DNA of 64,000 bases from Bdellovibrionales bacterium (GCA_031370005.1 JANMPT010000075.1:14446-78445); one strand, 5' to 3'; shown: positions 39,555 through 49,976, numbered from the stretch's first letter. Numbers and translations: made by a program. The notes: generated by a model not told the origin, from the letters alone.

Positions 39555-40961
39555 ATGGAAAAAACACCAACTATGGAGTACTTAAAAGATCTTGAAAATG
39601 TGCGCCTAGCCCTTGATCAGTCAGCCATTGTGGCAATCACGGACCCGCAAGGGAATATCATTCAGGTCAATGACAAGTTTTGTGAAATATCGATGTATAG
39701 CCGGGAAGAGCTCATTGGCCAGAACCACCGCATCATCAATTCAGGATATCATTCCCCTGAATTTTTCACAAACCTATGGAAAACCATCTCAACAGGCCAG
39801 AAGTGGGAAGGCGATCTTCGTAATCGGACAAAGAGCGGGCAATATTACTGGGTCCACACTGTCATTATTCCATTTAAAGATGCTAACGGAAACATCAAGG
39901 AATACGTTTCTCTGCGCTATGATATCACCCAAAAGAAGCAAACTGAAGAGAACCTACAAAATCTTTTTGATGCGGCCTTTGAAGGGCTTTTGATTTACGA
40001 TCTAAGCGGAAGGATCGTCTGGAGTAATCTAAAGCTTAATGAAATCATAGAGCAACCAATCGAGCCCACCGAAGACATTTACTTCCGAAGCCTCTTTGGT
40101 CAAGAAGCTCCCCTTTTTCAAGTGGGTGAATTTAAAATTCACCGCGAGTTAAGCCATGGCACTCAAGTTCTTGAACTTAGCTGCAAAAATTACTCATATA
40201 AGGGCCACAGGGCCTACCTGGTGGCGGCTCGTGATATCTCAGAAAAAGAAAAATACGAATCGCAAATTCTTCAGCAGGATAGAATGGCCTCTATTGGCCT
40301 TCTAGCATCAGGACTTGCCCACGAAATTGGAACCCCGCTTGGAATCATGAGGGGACGCGCCGAACTTTTAAGCTTACAAAAAAGCCTAGAGACCTCATCC
40401 CGCCAGAATGCTGAAATTATTATTCAACAGATTGATCGTATTTCTGATCTCATCAAGTCCTTACTTAATTTAGCCCGTGGCGGAAACTCAACAACGCCTA
40501 ATTTAATTGAAATTAATCCGATTTTTGAGGATGTTTTAAAGCTGCTCCATTATGAGGGTCAAAAATCCAATATTTGCATCGAAAATCAGCTTGGCGATAA
40601 GATCCTTGCGCTGGCGGTCCCAACCTCACTTTTTCAGGTTCTCTTGAATCTGTTTGTAAATGCTTTTCATGCTATTCAAGAGCGGCAAACCAAAGAGCTC
40701 AACCTCACTGGTAAAATTCTCATTGAGGCGGAAAAGAAAAATGAGTTTTGGATTCTTCATATCCACGACAATGGCTGCGGCATTTCTGAAGAAAACCTCA
40801 AAAAGATCTTTAGCCCATTTTTCACAACAAAGGATGTTGGCGTCGGTACAGGGCTTGGCTTAGCAACTTCTTTTAAGCTATTAACTAGTTGGAATGGTGG
40901 AATTGAAGTTAAAAGTCATGTCGGTCAAGGAAGCACCATTAGTATTAGACTTCGCCATTAA
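39555..40961 (+). CDS. cytoplasmic PAS-PAS sensor histidine kinase
   Basis: NifL/Aer-like PAS (GQNHRII.SG.H, NR.K.G.YYWV), AHEIGTPL, NLFVNA, DNGCG, GTGLGL. Confidence 0.93.
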   Translation: MEKTPTMEYLKDLENVRLALDQSAIVAITDPQGNIIQVNDKFCEISMYSREELIGQNHRIINSGYHSPEFFTNLWKTISTGQKWEGDLRNRTKSGQYYWVHTVIIPFKDANGNIKEYVSLRYDITQKKQTEENLQNLFDAAFEGLLIYDLSGRIVWSNLKLNEIIEQPIEPTEDIYFRSLFGQEAPLFQVGEFKIHRELSHGTQVLELSCKNYSYKGHRAYLVAARDISEKEKYESQILQQDRMASIGLLASGLAHEIGTPLGIMRGRAELLSLQKSLETSSRQNAEIIIQQIDRISDLIKSLLNLARGGNSTTPNLIEINPIFEDVLKLLHYEGQKSNICIENQLGDKILALAVPTSLFQVLLNLFVNAFHAIQERQTKELNLTGKILIEAEKKNEFWILHIHDNGCGISEENLKKIFSPFFTTKDVGVGTGLGLATSFKLLTSWNGGIEVKSHVGQGSTISIRLRH

Positions 40962-41060
40962 CTTGCCTCGAGTGAGACTTGATATCCCAAGTCACTTTAT
41001 TTTTTTGAGATAATTTGTCTCAGCCCGAAGTAAAAACTAGAAAATAAGACACTTTTGTAT

Positions 41061-41075
41061 TGGCATCTTTCTTGC
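41061..41075 (+). promoter_or_regulatory. sigma54 (-24/-12) promoter
   Basis: TGGCATCTTTCTTGC, 33 nt upstream of the CBS gene start. Confidence 0.75.
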
Positions 41076-41108
41076 GTTAGCAAATGGGAAACTAAAACCG
41101 GAGTTCCA

Positions 41109-41516
41109 ATGAAAAGTATCCCTGCAATTGAAAAATACATGACAACTTCACCGCACACCATCGGGGCCGACCAGCCCGTCATCAAAGCGGAAAAAATGAT
41201 GCGTGACTTTAAAATTCGTCATCTACCGGTTCTAGACGGCGGCAAGATTATTGGTATAATTTCTGATCGAGACGTCAAATTTATTGAAAGCTTTAAAGAC
41301 GTAAACCCGGAAACAGTCAAAGTTGTTGAAGCATGCTCTGAAGAACCATACACCGTTTCGCCAAAAGCACCTTTGAATGAGGTCTGTAGCGAAATGGCCC
41401 AACACAAGTATGGCTCTGTCTTAGTCGTCGACAACAATAAGTTGGTTGGCATCTTTACTTGGGTTGACGCACTTCAGGCAATGAATAGCCTCTTAGAGAC
41501 ACGACTCAAATACTAA
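41109..41516 (+). CDS. CBS-pair protein
   Basis: MTTSP, IRHLPVLD..GIISDRD, GIFT..D; start at MKSIP. Confidence 0.9.
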   Translation: MKSIPAIEKYMTTSPHTIGADQPVIKAEKMMRDFKIRHLPVLDGGKIIGIISDRDVKFIESFKDVNPETVKVVEACSEEPYTVSPKAPLNEVCSEMAQHKYGSVLVVDNNKLVGIFTWVDALQAMNSLLETRLKY

Positions 41517-41519
41517 AAT

Positions 41520-42650
41520 TTATTTTGATTTCTCGATAAGTTCCTGCATGACTTTAATCTCTTTTGAAACGTCTTCCGGAATATGTGTTCCACTTGACCC
41601 ACTATATGCCATCATGATGAGATTTTGATATTCACTCAGACATTTTTTTGCCACGGGATTTTTCGGAAATTCAAAAACACATTGCTTTAAATAAAGCTCA
41701 GGCAAAGAGTAGAAGGCTTGCTGGCTAAATTTGGATTCGCAAAATGAAAGCCAATATAAAATATCAGGCTTAAGAGCGGTTTCCGGATTCTCATTCAGAT
41801 ATTCATAAAGAATGCTAGAAACCTTTAGGTACTCGAGCTCTCTGCTCGGAATATCAAAACTAAAGTTTCCTGATAGCTCTTCTTTAAGTGCACTTTCAAC
41901 ATATTGTCTCAAGTTAGCCGTCTGCTGAGCTGTAAAATGCGGATATTTTTCATCCTTCATTTTTAGTGCTGCAGCCTTAAAATCCCTAATTTTGGAGATA
42001 AAGTGGGCGGGAATTTTTTTGTTCTTTAGATCATGACTTAGAACCTTTACAAGCTCATTAAAATCCCTTTGCACTCGCACATAATAATACAACTGTCGAT
42101 AAATCACTTTCTCTAGGTCATCTACAGATACAACGTTTTTAGGGTATCCGCTTAAAACACTGGAGTACAACTTCATGGACTCTTTAAAATTACGAATGAT
42201 AAATAAAAACTCTGCTTCCTCAAAAGGATTGGTTAATACTCTACTTTGATTTGCGCTTATGAAGTGGGTTGAGACCGCTGGCAACTGCGTGTGACAAGAC
42301 ATGCAAACACCTAAGGTAGACTTAAGCATCCATAAGGAATAGTCTTTACTTCCGGAACGAAAAACTTGCTCGGATTCCTTGAGCTGCTGGTTTAAAACCC
42401 GTGCGGGAATTTGGAATCCAGTTTTTTGAATTTTATCTTCATGGTTTATCTTCTCACTTAAAGCAACCATCTTTTTTAAAGAAGCCTCTATTTTCTGAGC
42501 ATTTTTTGGATTGCTGTAGGCTTCGCTTGAAACAATGAAGGGTTTAAGATTAAAAATCTCATTCAACATTTGATCCATGAACGGCTTTACTTCGGCTTTG
42601 CCGTCTAAGACACAGAAGAATAAAGAGAGAAAAATAAAAATATTTTTCAT
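41520..42650 (-). CDS. secreted monoheme c-type cytochrome with helical C-terminal region
   Basis: Signal peptide; single CMSCH. Confidence 0.7.
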   Translation of the reverse strand: MKNIFIFLSLFFCVLDGKAEVKPFMDQMLNEIFNLKPFIVSSEAYSNPKNAQKIEASLKKMVALSEKINHEDKIQKTGFQIPARVLNQQLKESEQVFRSGSKDYSLWMLKSTLGVCMSCHTQLPAVSTHFISANQSRVLTNPFEEAEFLFIIRNFKESMKLYSSVLSGYPKNVVSVDDLEKVIYRQLYYYVRVQRDFNELVKVLSHDLKNKKIPAHFISKIRDFKAAALKMKDEKYPHFTAQQTANLRQYVESALKEELSGNFSFDIPSRELEYLKVSSILYEYLNENPETALKPDILYWLSFCESKFSQQAFYSLPELYLKQCVFEFPKNPVAKKCLSEYQNLIMMAYSGSSGTHIPEDVSKEIKVMQELIEKSK

Positions 42651-42775
42651 GGAGCTCCTTTATAATTAAAAAAATGAGGACATTTATCCAACTAGCCAAT
42701 ATATTCTTTGACTACTTGCCTCCTCTGGTCAAGGACCAGTTGGCATAATTTCTAATTCATTTTGATGGAGATAAA

Positions 42776-43414
42776 ATGTCCCATTGCTCTGGAACAAATA
42801 AAAAAAGCTTTTCAAATACGAACCTAGTCGTTATCACAGGTGGCCCGGGCGCTGGCAAAACCGCAGTCTTAGAAGTTGCTAAAAAATTTCTATGTGCACG
42901 CGTGGCAATTCTGCCTGAAGCTGCTTCCATTATTTTTAGTGGAGGTTTTTGGAGACTCGAAAGCGATAATGCTCGAGCTGCTGCACAAACTGCAATTTAT
43001 CATGTTCAGAAACAAATGGAACAACTCGTCCACGCAGAACATCGCTGGGGTCTTGGTCTCTGTGATCGAGGAACGCTGGATGGATTGGCATACTGGCCCA
43101 AAGATGAAGCGACCTTTTGGGACATGACTCAAAGTCAAATCCTAAAGGAGTATGTAAAATATAAAACTGTCATTCACCTGAAAACCCCACCTATAGAGCA
43201 TGGGTACAATCATCAAAATCCCCTTCGCTTGGAATCTGCCTCCCAAGCAAAGAAAATCGATGAAAAGATTGCTAAGATTTGGTCGAATCATCCGCACTAT
43301 AGAGTGATCGAAAGCTCCGCTAGTTTTTGGCTTAAAACACAAACTGCGATTGAATATATCATCGAGGAGCTGCCCGAATGCTGCAAAAAAGACTCTAAAG
43401 AAGAGCCTAAGTAA
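42776..43414 (+). CDS. AAA_28/NadR-like P-loop ATPase
   Basis: VITGGPGAGKT, PEAAS, CDRGTLDG. Confidence 0.82.
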   Translation: MSHCSGTNKKSFSNTNLVVITGGPGAGKTAVLEVAKKFLCARVAILPEAASIIFSGGFWRLESDNARAAAQTAIYHVQKQMEQLVHAEHRWGLGLCDRGTLDGLAYWPKDEATFWDMTQSQILKEYVKYKTVIHLKTPPIEHGYNHQNPLRLESASQAKKIDEKIAKIWSNHPHYRVIESSASFWLKTQTAIEYIIEELPECCKKDSKEEPK

Positions 43415-43853
43415 CAGCTTTCGGCTTGTTTTTTGCTGCCTTCTCCTCAGGACTCATTCCCCATGGTGAGCCACCTTTTTTCTCGCCACGGCCTCCGCCG
43501 CCGCGTCCACCTTTGCCACCGCGTCCGCCCTTAGAGTCTGAGGCAGTCGCCGCTGGCTTCACAGTATTTAAAAACTCAGGAACATAGTGTAGTTCTTCAA
43601 CTTGAGTCGCTTTCGCCGGAACACTTTCACCTTCATTGAGGCTGATTACGAAGACGCGCTTCAAGTTTTGCTGATTTTGACCAGCTACATCCAGCGCATT
43701 CACAAAATACTTAAGCTTATCGCCTTCTAATTTAAAGGTTTCACCAAGGCTTGTTTGAATTTCTTCAGGGGATTTACCTTCAGCAGCCAAAGCCGCCTTA
43801 GCAGCAAGACCTTTGTTCAAAGTGAAAATTGCAAACTCTGTAACTGATTTCAT
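43407..43853 (-). CDS. hypothetical protein with RGG-rich tail
   Basis: Start at MKSVTEF after GGAGG; KGGRGGKGGRGGGGRG low-complexity tail. Confidence 0.75.
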   Translation of the reverse strand: MKSVTEFAIFTLNKGLAAKAALAAEGKSPEEIQTSLGETFKLEGDKLKYFVNALDVAGQNQQNLKRVFVISLNEGESVPAKATQVEELHYVPEFLNTVKPAATASDSKGGRGGKGGRGGGGRGEKKGGSPWGMSPEEKAAKNKPKAVT

Positions 43854-43985
43854 GAATAATATCCTCCCTAAGATAATGAGCTGCCCATAATGCGTATAAA
43901 TCACAGGAAGGTCAACGATGCATTCGCATGAGTTCAAAGGAGAGTTTGACCCTCTGCATCTGCTTTGATAGGCTGCTGCTACTTT

Positions 43986-44828
43986 ATGCTGAAAATTGGA
44001 CAGATCAATAAACTTACAGTTCTTAAACACGTCGACTTTGGCCTCTATCTTGATGGTGGTGAAGGAGGAGAAATCCTTCTTCCTCGCAAATATATCAAAG
44101 ATAATTGTCAACCAGGCGACAATCTCGATGTTTTTATCTACTATGATTCCGAAGACCGCTTAATTGCCACCACAGAAACTCCCAAGACCCGAGTCGGAGA
44201 GTTTTCAACTCTAAAAGTGGTTTCGATAAGCTCTGTCGGAGCTTTTTTGGAATGGGGCCTTTTGAAAGACCTTTTCCTTCCCTTTGCCGAGCAAACTCGT
44301 CGAATCGCCGTTGGCGATAATCTCTTAGTTTATGTCTATCTCGACAATACCAGCCGGATCGCAGCCTCTATGCGCATTGAGCGCAACTTAGATAAGACAC
44401 CTGAAAAATACGAAGTCGATCAAAGTGTCGAGCTTATTATATGTGGCGAGACTGATTTGGGATTTAAAGTCATTATTAACGGAAAACACCTCGGAATGAT
44501 CTACCACAAGGAAGTTTTTCAAGCTTTGAAACAGGGACAACGCCTGACAGGTTTTATCCGTAATGTGCGTGCAGAAGATGGCAAGATTGATCTTGGTCTC
44601 TTAAAAACCGGTCATCATGGAGCAGATGATATCGGTCCAAAGATTTTAAGCCTCCTTGAAAAGTCCGATGGCTTTCTTGCTATCAACGATAAAACCTCTG
44701 CTGAGAAAATTTATGATCTCTTCGGCGTAAGCAAAAAAAAATATAAAATTGCTCTCGGTGGACTCTATAAAAAACGCCTTATTACAGTGAGCAATGATGG
44801 CATTCGCCTCGTCCTCACAAAAGCCTAG
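43986..44828 (+). CDS. cvfB: CvfB-like S1 RNA-binding protein
   Basis: FGLYLDGG, Y.DSEDRL.AT, GAFL.WGL.KDL, FGVSKK..K.ALGGLYK. Confidence 0.88.
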   Translation: MLKIGQINKLTVLKHVDFGLYLDGGEGGEILLPRKYIKDNCQPGDNLDVFIYYDSEDRLIATTETPKTRVGEFSTLKVVSISSVGAFLEWGLLKDLFLPFAEQTRRIAVGDNLLVYVYLDNTSRIAASMRIERNLDKTPEKYEVDQSVELIICGETDLGFKVIINGKHLGMIYHKEVFQALKQGQRLTGFIRNVRAEDGKIDLGLLKTGHHGADDIGPKILSLLEKSDGFLAINDKTSAEKIYDLFGVSKKKYKIALGGLYKKRLITVSNDGIRLVLTKA

Positions 44829-46431
44829 TATTCTCTTCCGGAAGCGAGTCCTCATCCTTCCAATTAAATATTGTTTTTAAGGACTCAAAGAGAGTTTTGA
44901 AATCACCCCGGCTGTCGTAAACAGGTATTGGCTCTTTATCAAGATGCAAAAATTTATAGACTGCAGTCTGCGCGGCCCGCACCGAGTATTCGATGGTGAA
45001 AACAACATCATCAGGAATCTCACAATACTGACTAACAAAGGCCAAATTCGAATACGCCTCCGGAATCACCTGCGGGCGGTCATTTTTTCCACGACTTAAA
45101 AATTGGCTTGTCATAAAGGGCATCATGCATGGAATGCAAACTGCATTTTTTAAAATCACTTCAAGATCCGAGGTGAAGTGTAAATGAGAACAGAGTTCAA
45201 TCAAGATCTCCTCACCAGTGCACTCTGACATCTTTTTTTTGACAAAGTTACCGGGGCGATCCACAAAAAGGCCATAGCCCCAAAATACGGTAATGTCAGC
45301 TGGTTGATTCATAAAATGAGGCTGATAAGGCAAAAAAACGGACAGAAGCCAATTCGAGTCCGTAAAACTAACAAGGCCTCCTGTTCCAGCACTATTTCCT
45401 GTAAATTGCTCCATCAATCTAAAAAATATCGGGTCTTTGAGAGTCACAGTGAAAGATACACACTTCGATTCATCAATGCGGCTGTCGAATACCTCAGGCT
45501 TGCCGAACTCTGGACGAGAACTTGCAAGTGTCTCCCAAAGGGACCAGGCTCCGGACTCTTTTTTTGAAATCAAAAGAGGGGCAGTTTTCATCGAACCAAC
45601 ACTGGACGAGGCTGTCATAGAACCATTACTAACAAATACAAGATCAGATGTCGCCACATCAATTTTATTCACATCTTCGCTGCGGCGATAGTGGATCTTT
45701 GAAACGTATTTCTGAGCTCTTAACTGGGAAAAGTCCAAGTCAGTCACCTCTATTCCCATCATGAAATGCACGCCCTTGCTCTTTAACCAGCTCACCATGG
45801 GAAGCACAATCGAGTCATACTGATTATAAGCAGTACGATCCACCCCAACTAATGTATTGAGATGTGGAAGCTCGTGAATGAAACGATGGAGATGTCGCTT
45901 AAACTCAATGGCACTGTGCCATGGTTGAAAAGCAAACATCGTCGCCCACATATACCAAAAATTTGTTTCAAAAAAACTCTTATCAAAAAAGTCCTCAATC
46001 CGGCGGGACCCAAGACAATCTTCAGGCTTCATCATCATCTCAAAGATATCAAAGCGGTCCTTATAACTAAAGCCCATAGAGTTCAAATCAACTTTTTCAC
46101 CATTTCGCACAAGACGGCAATGAGAGTTGGTTTTCACTTTTGCACTGAACTCTTGGATTTCATCCATCACTGTCATCTTCGGATTCTTGAGGGAGGGAAT
46201 AAAAGACAGTAAGTCATAAGTGCATCGATTGGAAAAGTTCAGCATTCTGCCGCCCCTAACAATATAGCCTTTTTCCAAACCACCAGTTCCATCCAGACTG
46301 CCTCCAGCAAGGTCACCCTCATCAAAAACAAGAATGTCCTCGCCGCGAAACTTCCCATCAAGAATGAGATATGCCGCACTAGCCATGGAGGCGATCCCGC
46401 ACCCCACAAGATATGCCTTTCTTGCTGCCAT
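44815..46431 (-). CDS. ohyA: oleate hydratase (myosin-cross-reactive antigen family)
   Basis: LVGCGIAS, GGSLDG, RGGRM, FAFQPWHS, YNQYDS, FTIEYSVR. Confidence 0.92.
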   Translation of the reverse strand: MAARKAYLVGCGIASMASAAYLILDGKFRGEDILVFDEGDLAGGSLDGTGGLEKGYIVRGGRMLNFSNRCTYDLLSFIPSLKNPKMTVMDEIQEFSAKVKTNSHCRLVRNGEKVDLNSMGFSYKDRFDIFEMMMKPEDCLGSRRIEDFFDKSFFETNFWYMWATMFAFQPWHSAIEFKRHLHRFIHELPHLNTLVGVDRTAYNQYDSIVLPMVSWLKSKGVHFMMGIEVTDLDFSQLRAQKYVSKIHYRRSEDVNKIDVATSDLVFVSNGSMTASSSVGSMKTAPLLISKKESGAWSLWETLASSRPEFGKPEVFDSRIDESKCVSFTVTLKDPIFFRLMEQFTGNSAGTGGLVSFTDSNWLLSVFLPYQPHFMNQPADITVFWGYGLFVDRPGNFVKKKMSECTGEEILIELCSHLHFTSDLEVILKNAVCIPCMMPFMTSQFLSRGKNDRPQVIPEAYSNLAFVSQYCEIPDDVVFTIEYSVRAAQTAVYKFLHLDKEPIPVYDSRGDFKTLFESLKTIFNWKDEDSLPEENTRLL

Positions 46432-46622
46432 ATCGTCCTCCTGGCTTTCAACTCGACTAATTCACTTTGGCACTTTGGATCATAAAAGTTTCCAGCACGT
46501 GGAGTAAAGTGAAGAAAAAATCATCTAAATAGAGTACAATCAGCCACGGCCTCGACTAAACTCAAGGTCGGTAATTATAATTCATTGCTCTTTTTTTGAA
46601 GATCGCATTTCATATAAAGCAT

Positions 46623-47660
46623 ATGGAAATCTATAAGCATATTGCAGTGGAAATTTTGCCAATTTTTTTAGGTATGATTATATTGTCATATGCTGTTTAT
46701 CTGAGCTTGCTGTTATACAAAAAGATTCCAAAACAAAAGCTAAAAAAGGCCTGGCTTTTTCAAACCGCGCTCAGCTCATTTTTCTGTGTTGGATACTTAG
46801 CCGCAATTATATTAAATACCTCACACGATACTGATTTTCTGCCTATAATCATTGCTTTCGTCTTTTTTTTCGGAGCTATATATGTTCTCACGCTGATATC
46901 AATCACCAGCGCGCTGACTCGCGATTTAGTAAAATTTAATTCCGAACTTGAAGAGATGATTGAGCTTAGAACCCATGAGCTAGAACAGTCATTAGCTGAA
47001 CTACAGAGTACCCAAGAGCAGCTCTTATTTAGCAAGACACTTTCTGCCTACAGTGATATCGCAGGTCAAATTGCTCATGAATTCAACACTCCGATAACTT
47101 CTATTCAATTATTGGCAAATCAGCTCTTAAATGAAGAGACTTTGTCAGAAAGCACATTAAATAAAATCCGTATAATTCATGGAGCGACAACGCAGCTTGA
47201 AAAATTGACAGGTGCTTTCCGACGACTTTATAGAACAAATCAGAATCCCCTAGATGAAGAAAACGTTAAATTTTATGAAATTTTAGAAAGCTTACTTATC
47301 CTCATTGGCGAGCAACTAGCACGCACTGGCATTGGCCTAAAAACAGACTTCACAATCAGTCATGAAAAACAAATTAAACTTCGAGTGAGCTCCTTTGCAC
47401 AAATTACAAGCTCACTTATTAATTATTTAATCGATGAAAGTCAGTACAAGAAAGAACGAAATTTAAATATTACGTGTTACGAAAATAACAACTCAATATA
47501 TATTACGATAATAATCGTCTCGAGTAGTCCTAAGCAAGAGCAAACGATAAAAACACAGCCTTTTGATAATTTCCATTCTATTTACAAATCCCTCGGGATG
47601 AGTTTGACAAAACTATTAATTGATAATGGAACAGAACACACTATAGAGATACCTCTATAA
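46623..47660 (+). CDS. membrane histidine-kinase-like protein with degenerate ATPase domain
   Basis: Three TMs, coiled coil, H-box IAHEFNTP; no N, G1 or G2 boxes seen. Confidence 0.65.
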   Translation: MEIYKHIAVEILPIFLGMIILSYAVYLSLLLYKKIPKQKLKKAWLFQTALSSFFCVGYLAAIILNTSHDTDFLPIIIAFVFFFGAIYVLTLISITSALTRDLVKFNSELEEMIELRTHELEQSLAELQSTQEQLLFSKTLSAYSDIAGQIAHEFNTPITSIQLLANQLLNEETLSESTLNKIRIIHGATTQLEKLTGAFRRLYRTNQNPLDEENVKFYEILESLLILIGEQLARTGIGLKTDFTISHEKQIKLRVSSFAQITSSLINYLIDESQYKKERNLNITCYENNNSIYITIIIVSSSPKQEQTIKTQPFDNFHSIYKSLGMSLTKLLIDNGTEHTIEIPL

Positions 47661-47804
47661 AGACATTAATGTGCCCCTCTAAGCTGTTGAACTTTTTAAC
47701 AGTGCCTGAAAAATAGATACAAAAAAATAATTACTCAATACCTTATAAGAATCCCTGATACATCTTATTGCTTATCGAAAATACATGAAAATGGGAGAGC
47801 TATA

Positions 47805-49046
47805 ATGGGAACCGGGTATTATAAATGTTTGGTGCAATTTACTTTTATCGTTCTTATTTTTAGCTCTAATATATCTCAAGCAACAGTCTGGCAAGAAACT
47901 GATACCTGGAACTCAAGTTGGGAGCAGAAATATTCAGATTGGATTCGAAATTCTTTCGATGAGGGAATCTATACCTCCGGAAGTTTTAAAGACCTTCCTA
48001 CGGACTGCGCTGATGCAGTTTATTATGCGCGTATAATTTTTAGTTATGAAAATAAGCTTCCATTTGTTATCAAAGATGCTACAGGTGGACCAAATTTCAT
48101 CAGCAATATAATGATTCGTTTTGATGATATTCAAGAGCCTCTCCAACGCGTACGTAAGTTCATGGATTTTGTCGGTGACGTCACAAGTACAAAATCGCTT
48201 CCAAATGATACTTATCCCGTGGCTGTAAATCGCAGCAATATCCGCCCAGGAACTGTTTGGAGCCGTCCACGCATCTCCTCGGATAATATCTGGCGCCGTA
48301 TTTTCGGCGGCACCGTTAAAGAGGACCCAGGACATGCAGAAATTGTAAAAGAAGTTGCTGAGACAGGAGCAATTTATTTAATAGGCTCCACAGTACCTAA
48401 AGCAATACGTAAGCTGAATACGACTTCAAGCCTTGTGTTTATGCCAGTTGAAACGAGCACTGGCTTTCGCAACTGGATGCAACCTACTTACTATTCAAAA
48501 TCTAGTGAGAACCTCCCTGGCTACTCTTTGGAGCAATTCAAAGAGCTCGGACATACTGCAAACGACAATCGCTCCTTGGATAGCTGGAGCTCTGAAGTTC
48601 AAGCTCGCCTGGCTTTACGTGATGAAACAAAACCTGAATTCATTACTCGTCAAGTTATGAGCATTTGCAGTCTTGTAAGTGCTCGAGTTGACACTGTTAC
48701 AAAATCTGAAGTACGACGTGCTAAACTCAGTGGTGCATGTATGAATGCAGATGACTATGATTCCTACTCAACCCCATCCCGTGATAAACGCATTACCACA
48801 ACCCTCAAACAACTCATTAGCACCGCAGGTGGCTTTGGCTTAACTTCAGCACAAAGAGCAAAAGTATTGAGACCTTACCTTAATAATGCCTGCGCAGATA
48901 TCCAAATCTCTGCAGATCAGACTATTTCTTTATATGACTTCTCAATTCTTATGTTAAAAAATAAAGTTTCCTCAAATCCAAATGACAGTTTTGCAGCACG
49001 ATGGGGTTTAGAAGATTCAACATCAAATTGTCCGAAATATGAATAG
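47805..49046 (+). CDS. secreted hypothetical protein, possible papain/NlpC-P60-like Cys-His enzyme
   Basis: Signal peptide; TDCAD and PGHA motifs. Confidence 0.55.
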   Translation: MGTGYYKCLVQFTFIVLIFSSNISQATVWQETDTWNSSWEQKYSDWIRNSFDEGIYTSGSFKDLPTDCADAVYYARIIFSYENKLPFVIKDATGGPNFISNIMIRFDDIQEPLQRVRKFMDFVGDVTSTKSLPNDTYPVAVNRSNIRPGTVWSRPRISSDNIWRRIFGGTVKEDPGHAEIVKEVAETGAIYLIGSTVPKAIRKLNTTSSLVFMPVETSTGFRNWMQPTYYSKSSENLPGYSLEQFKELGHTANDNRSLDSWSSEVQARLALRDETKPEFITRQVMSICSLVSARVDTVTKSEVRRAKLSGACMNADDYDSYSTPSRDKRITTTLKQLISTAGGFGLTSAQRAKVLRPYLNNACADIQISADQTISLYDFSILMLKNKVSSNPNDSFAARWGLEDSTSNCPKYE

Positions 49047-49761
49047 GAACAAAAAAGCATTTTTAATTCTCTTTATCGGTGGAGTTGCTATATGGGCAGC
49101 TCTTCATTTTCAGTTTGAGAAAAAAATAAATACTGCTATTGCGCCTAACATTTCACCGCTAATCTCTCAATCGCCAAAGGCAGATCGTATTGACAAGTCA
49201 GCGCCAAGTCTCCAGCCGATTGTTCTAAATTCAAACATTTCACTTACTTCTTTCAAACCTTATTTACGAAAAATCGGCGAGTGCCTACAAATCAAAAATA
49301 GCCTATATGACGATAATGAATTAAATTTTGCTACGCTTCAGGCCTCTCTACGCGATGAACTTGGAGAGTTGATTGCCAATAATCTTGATTGGAGAAACGT
49401 GCATATTAGCTTGCCAAATGGTGAAAAACGTCGTCTGCGCCTGGAAATTGAAGGAACGGGAGAAGAGGCTTCCGGATTACGTTTGCGCTATTACGGCGTG
49501 GATAAAGAAAATTTACCGATTCCACTTCCTCTTTCTCAGGAACAAAGCATGAATCCATCAAATGCTTTTATAGCAAGTCTGGAGAGTGAAGGGCGCATAA
49601 CTCTACAAGAAGAGGCACATCGGGGCGCCTATAGTAAAGGAGCTGAAATATACTATGTCGAACGAAATGGGATTTTATCTGAGCTTGAGCTTACGTATAA
49701 AGGTAAAAGCATCAAATGTCAGGAGCTGAATAGTCACAAGGGAACTTGCAGTTGTTTATAA
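49039..49761 (+). CDS. membrane-anchored hypothetical protein
   Basis: N-terminal TM; C-terminal C...CSC; overlaps the upstream gene. Confidence 0.7.
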   Translation: MNRNKKAFLILFIGGVAIWAALHFQFEKKINTAIAPNISPLISQSPKADRIDKSAPSLQPIVLNSNISLTSFKPYLRKIGECLQIKNSLYDDNELNFATLQASLRDELGELIANNLDWRNVHISLPNGEKRRLRLEIEGTGEEASGLRLRYYGVDKENLPIPLPLSQEQSMNPSNAFIASLESEGRITLQEEAHRGAYSKGAEIYYVERNGILSELELTYKGKSIKCQELNSHKGTCSCL

Positions 49762-49976
49762 TGGTCCCAAGCCTATAGATTTCAACAAATACTTCTATAG
49801 GTTTAATTCTGTCTAGGTTTTTGACAAGGACAAACAACGTCCAAGATATAATACTTAGACACTTTAAACCATCAATAGAGCATAAGTTGATTTTTAAGGC
49901 GGCCTGAATTTAGCAAGTAGCTACTCTTGAAGCGAAAACAGGGGCTTTCCTTTGAGCCCCAATGGGAGCAAATCTT

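Noticed and set aside
42741..42755. sigma54 promoter TGGCATAATTTCTAA
   Set aside because: Lacks the -12 GC
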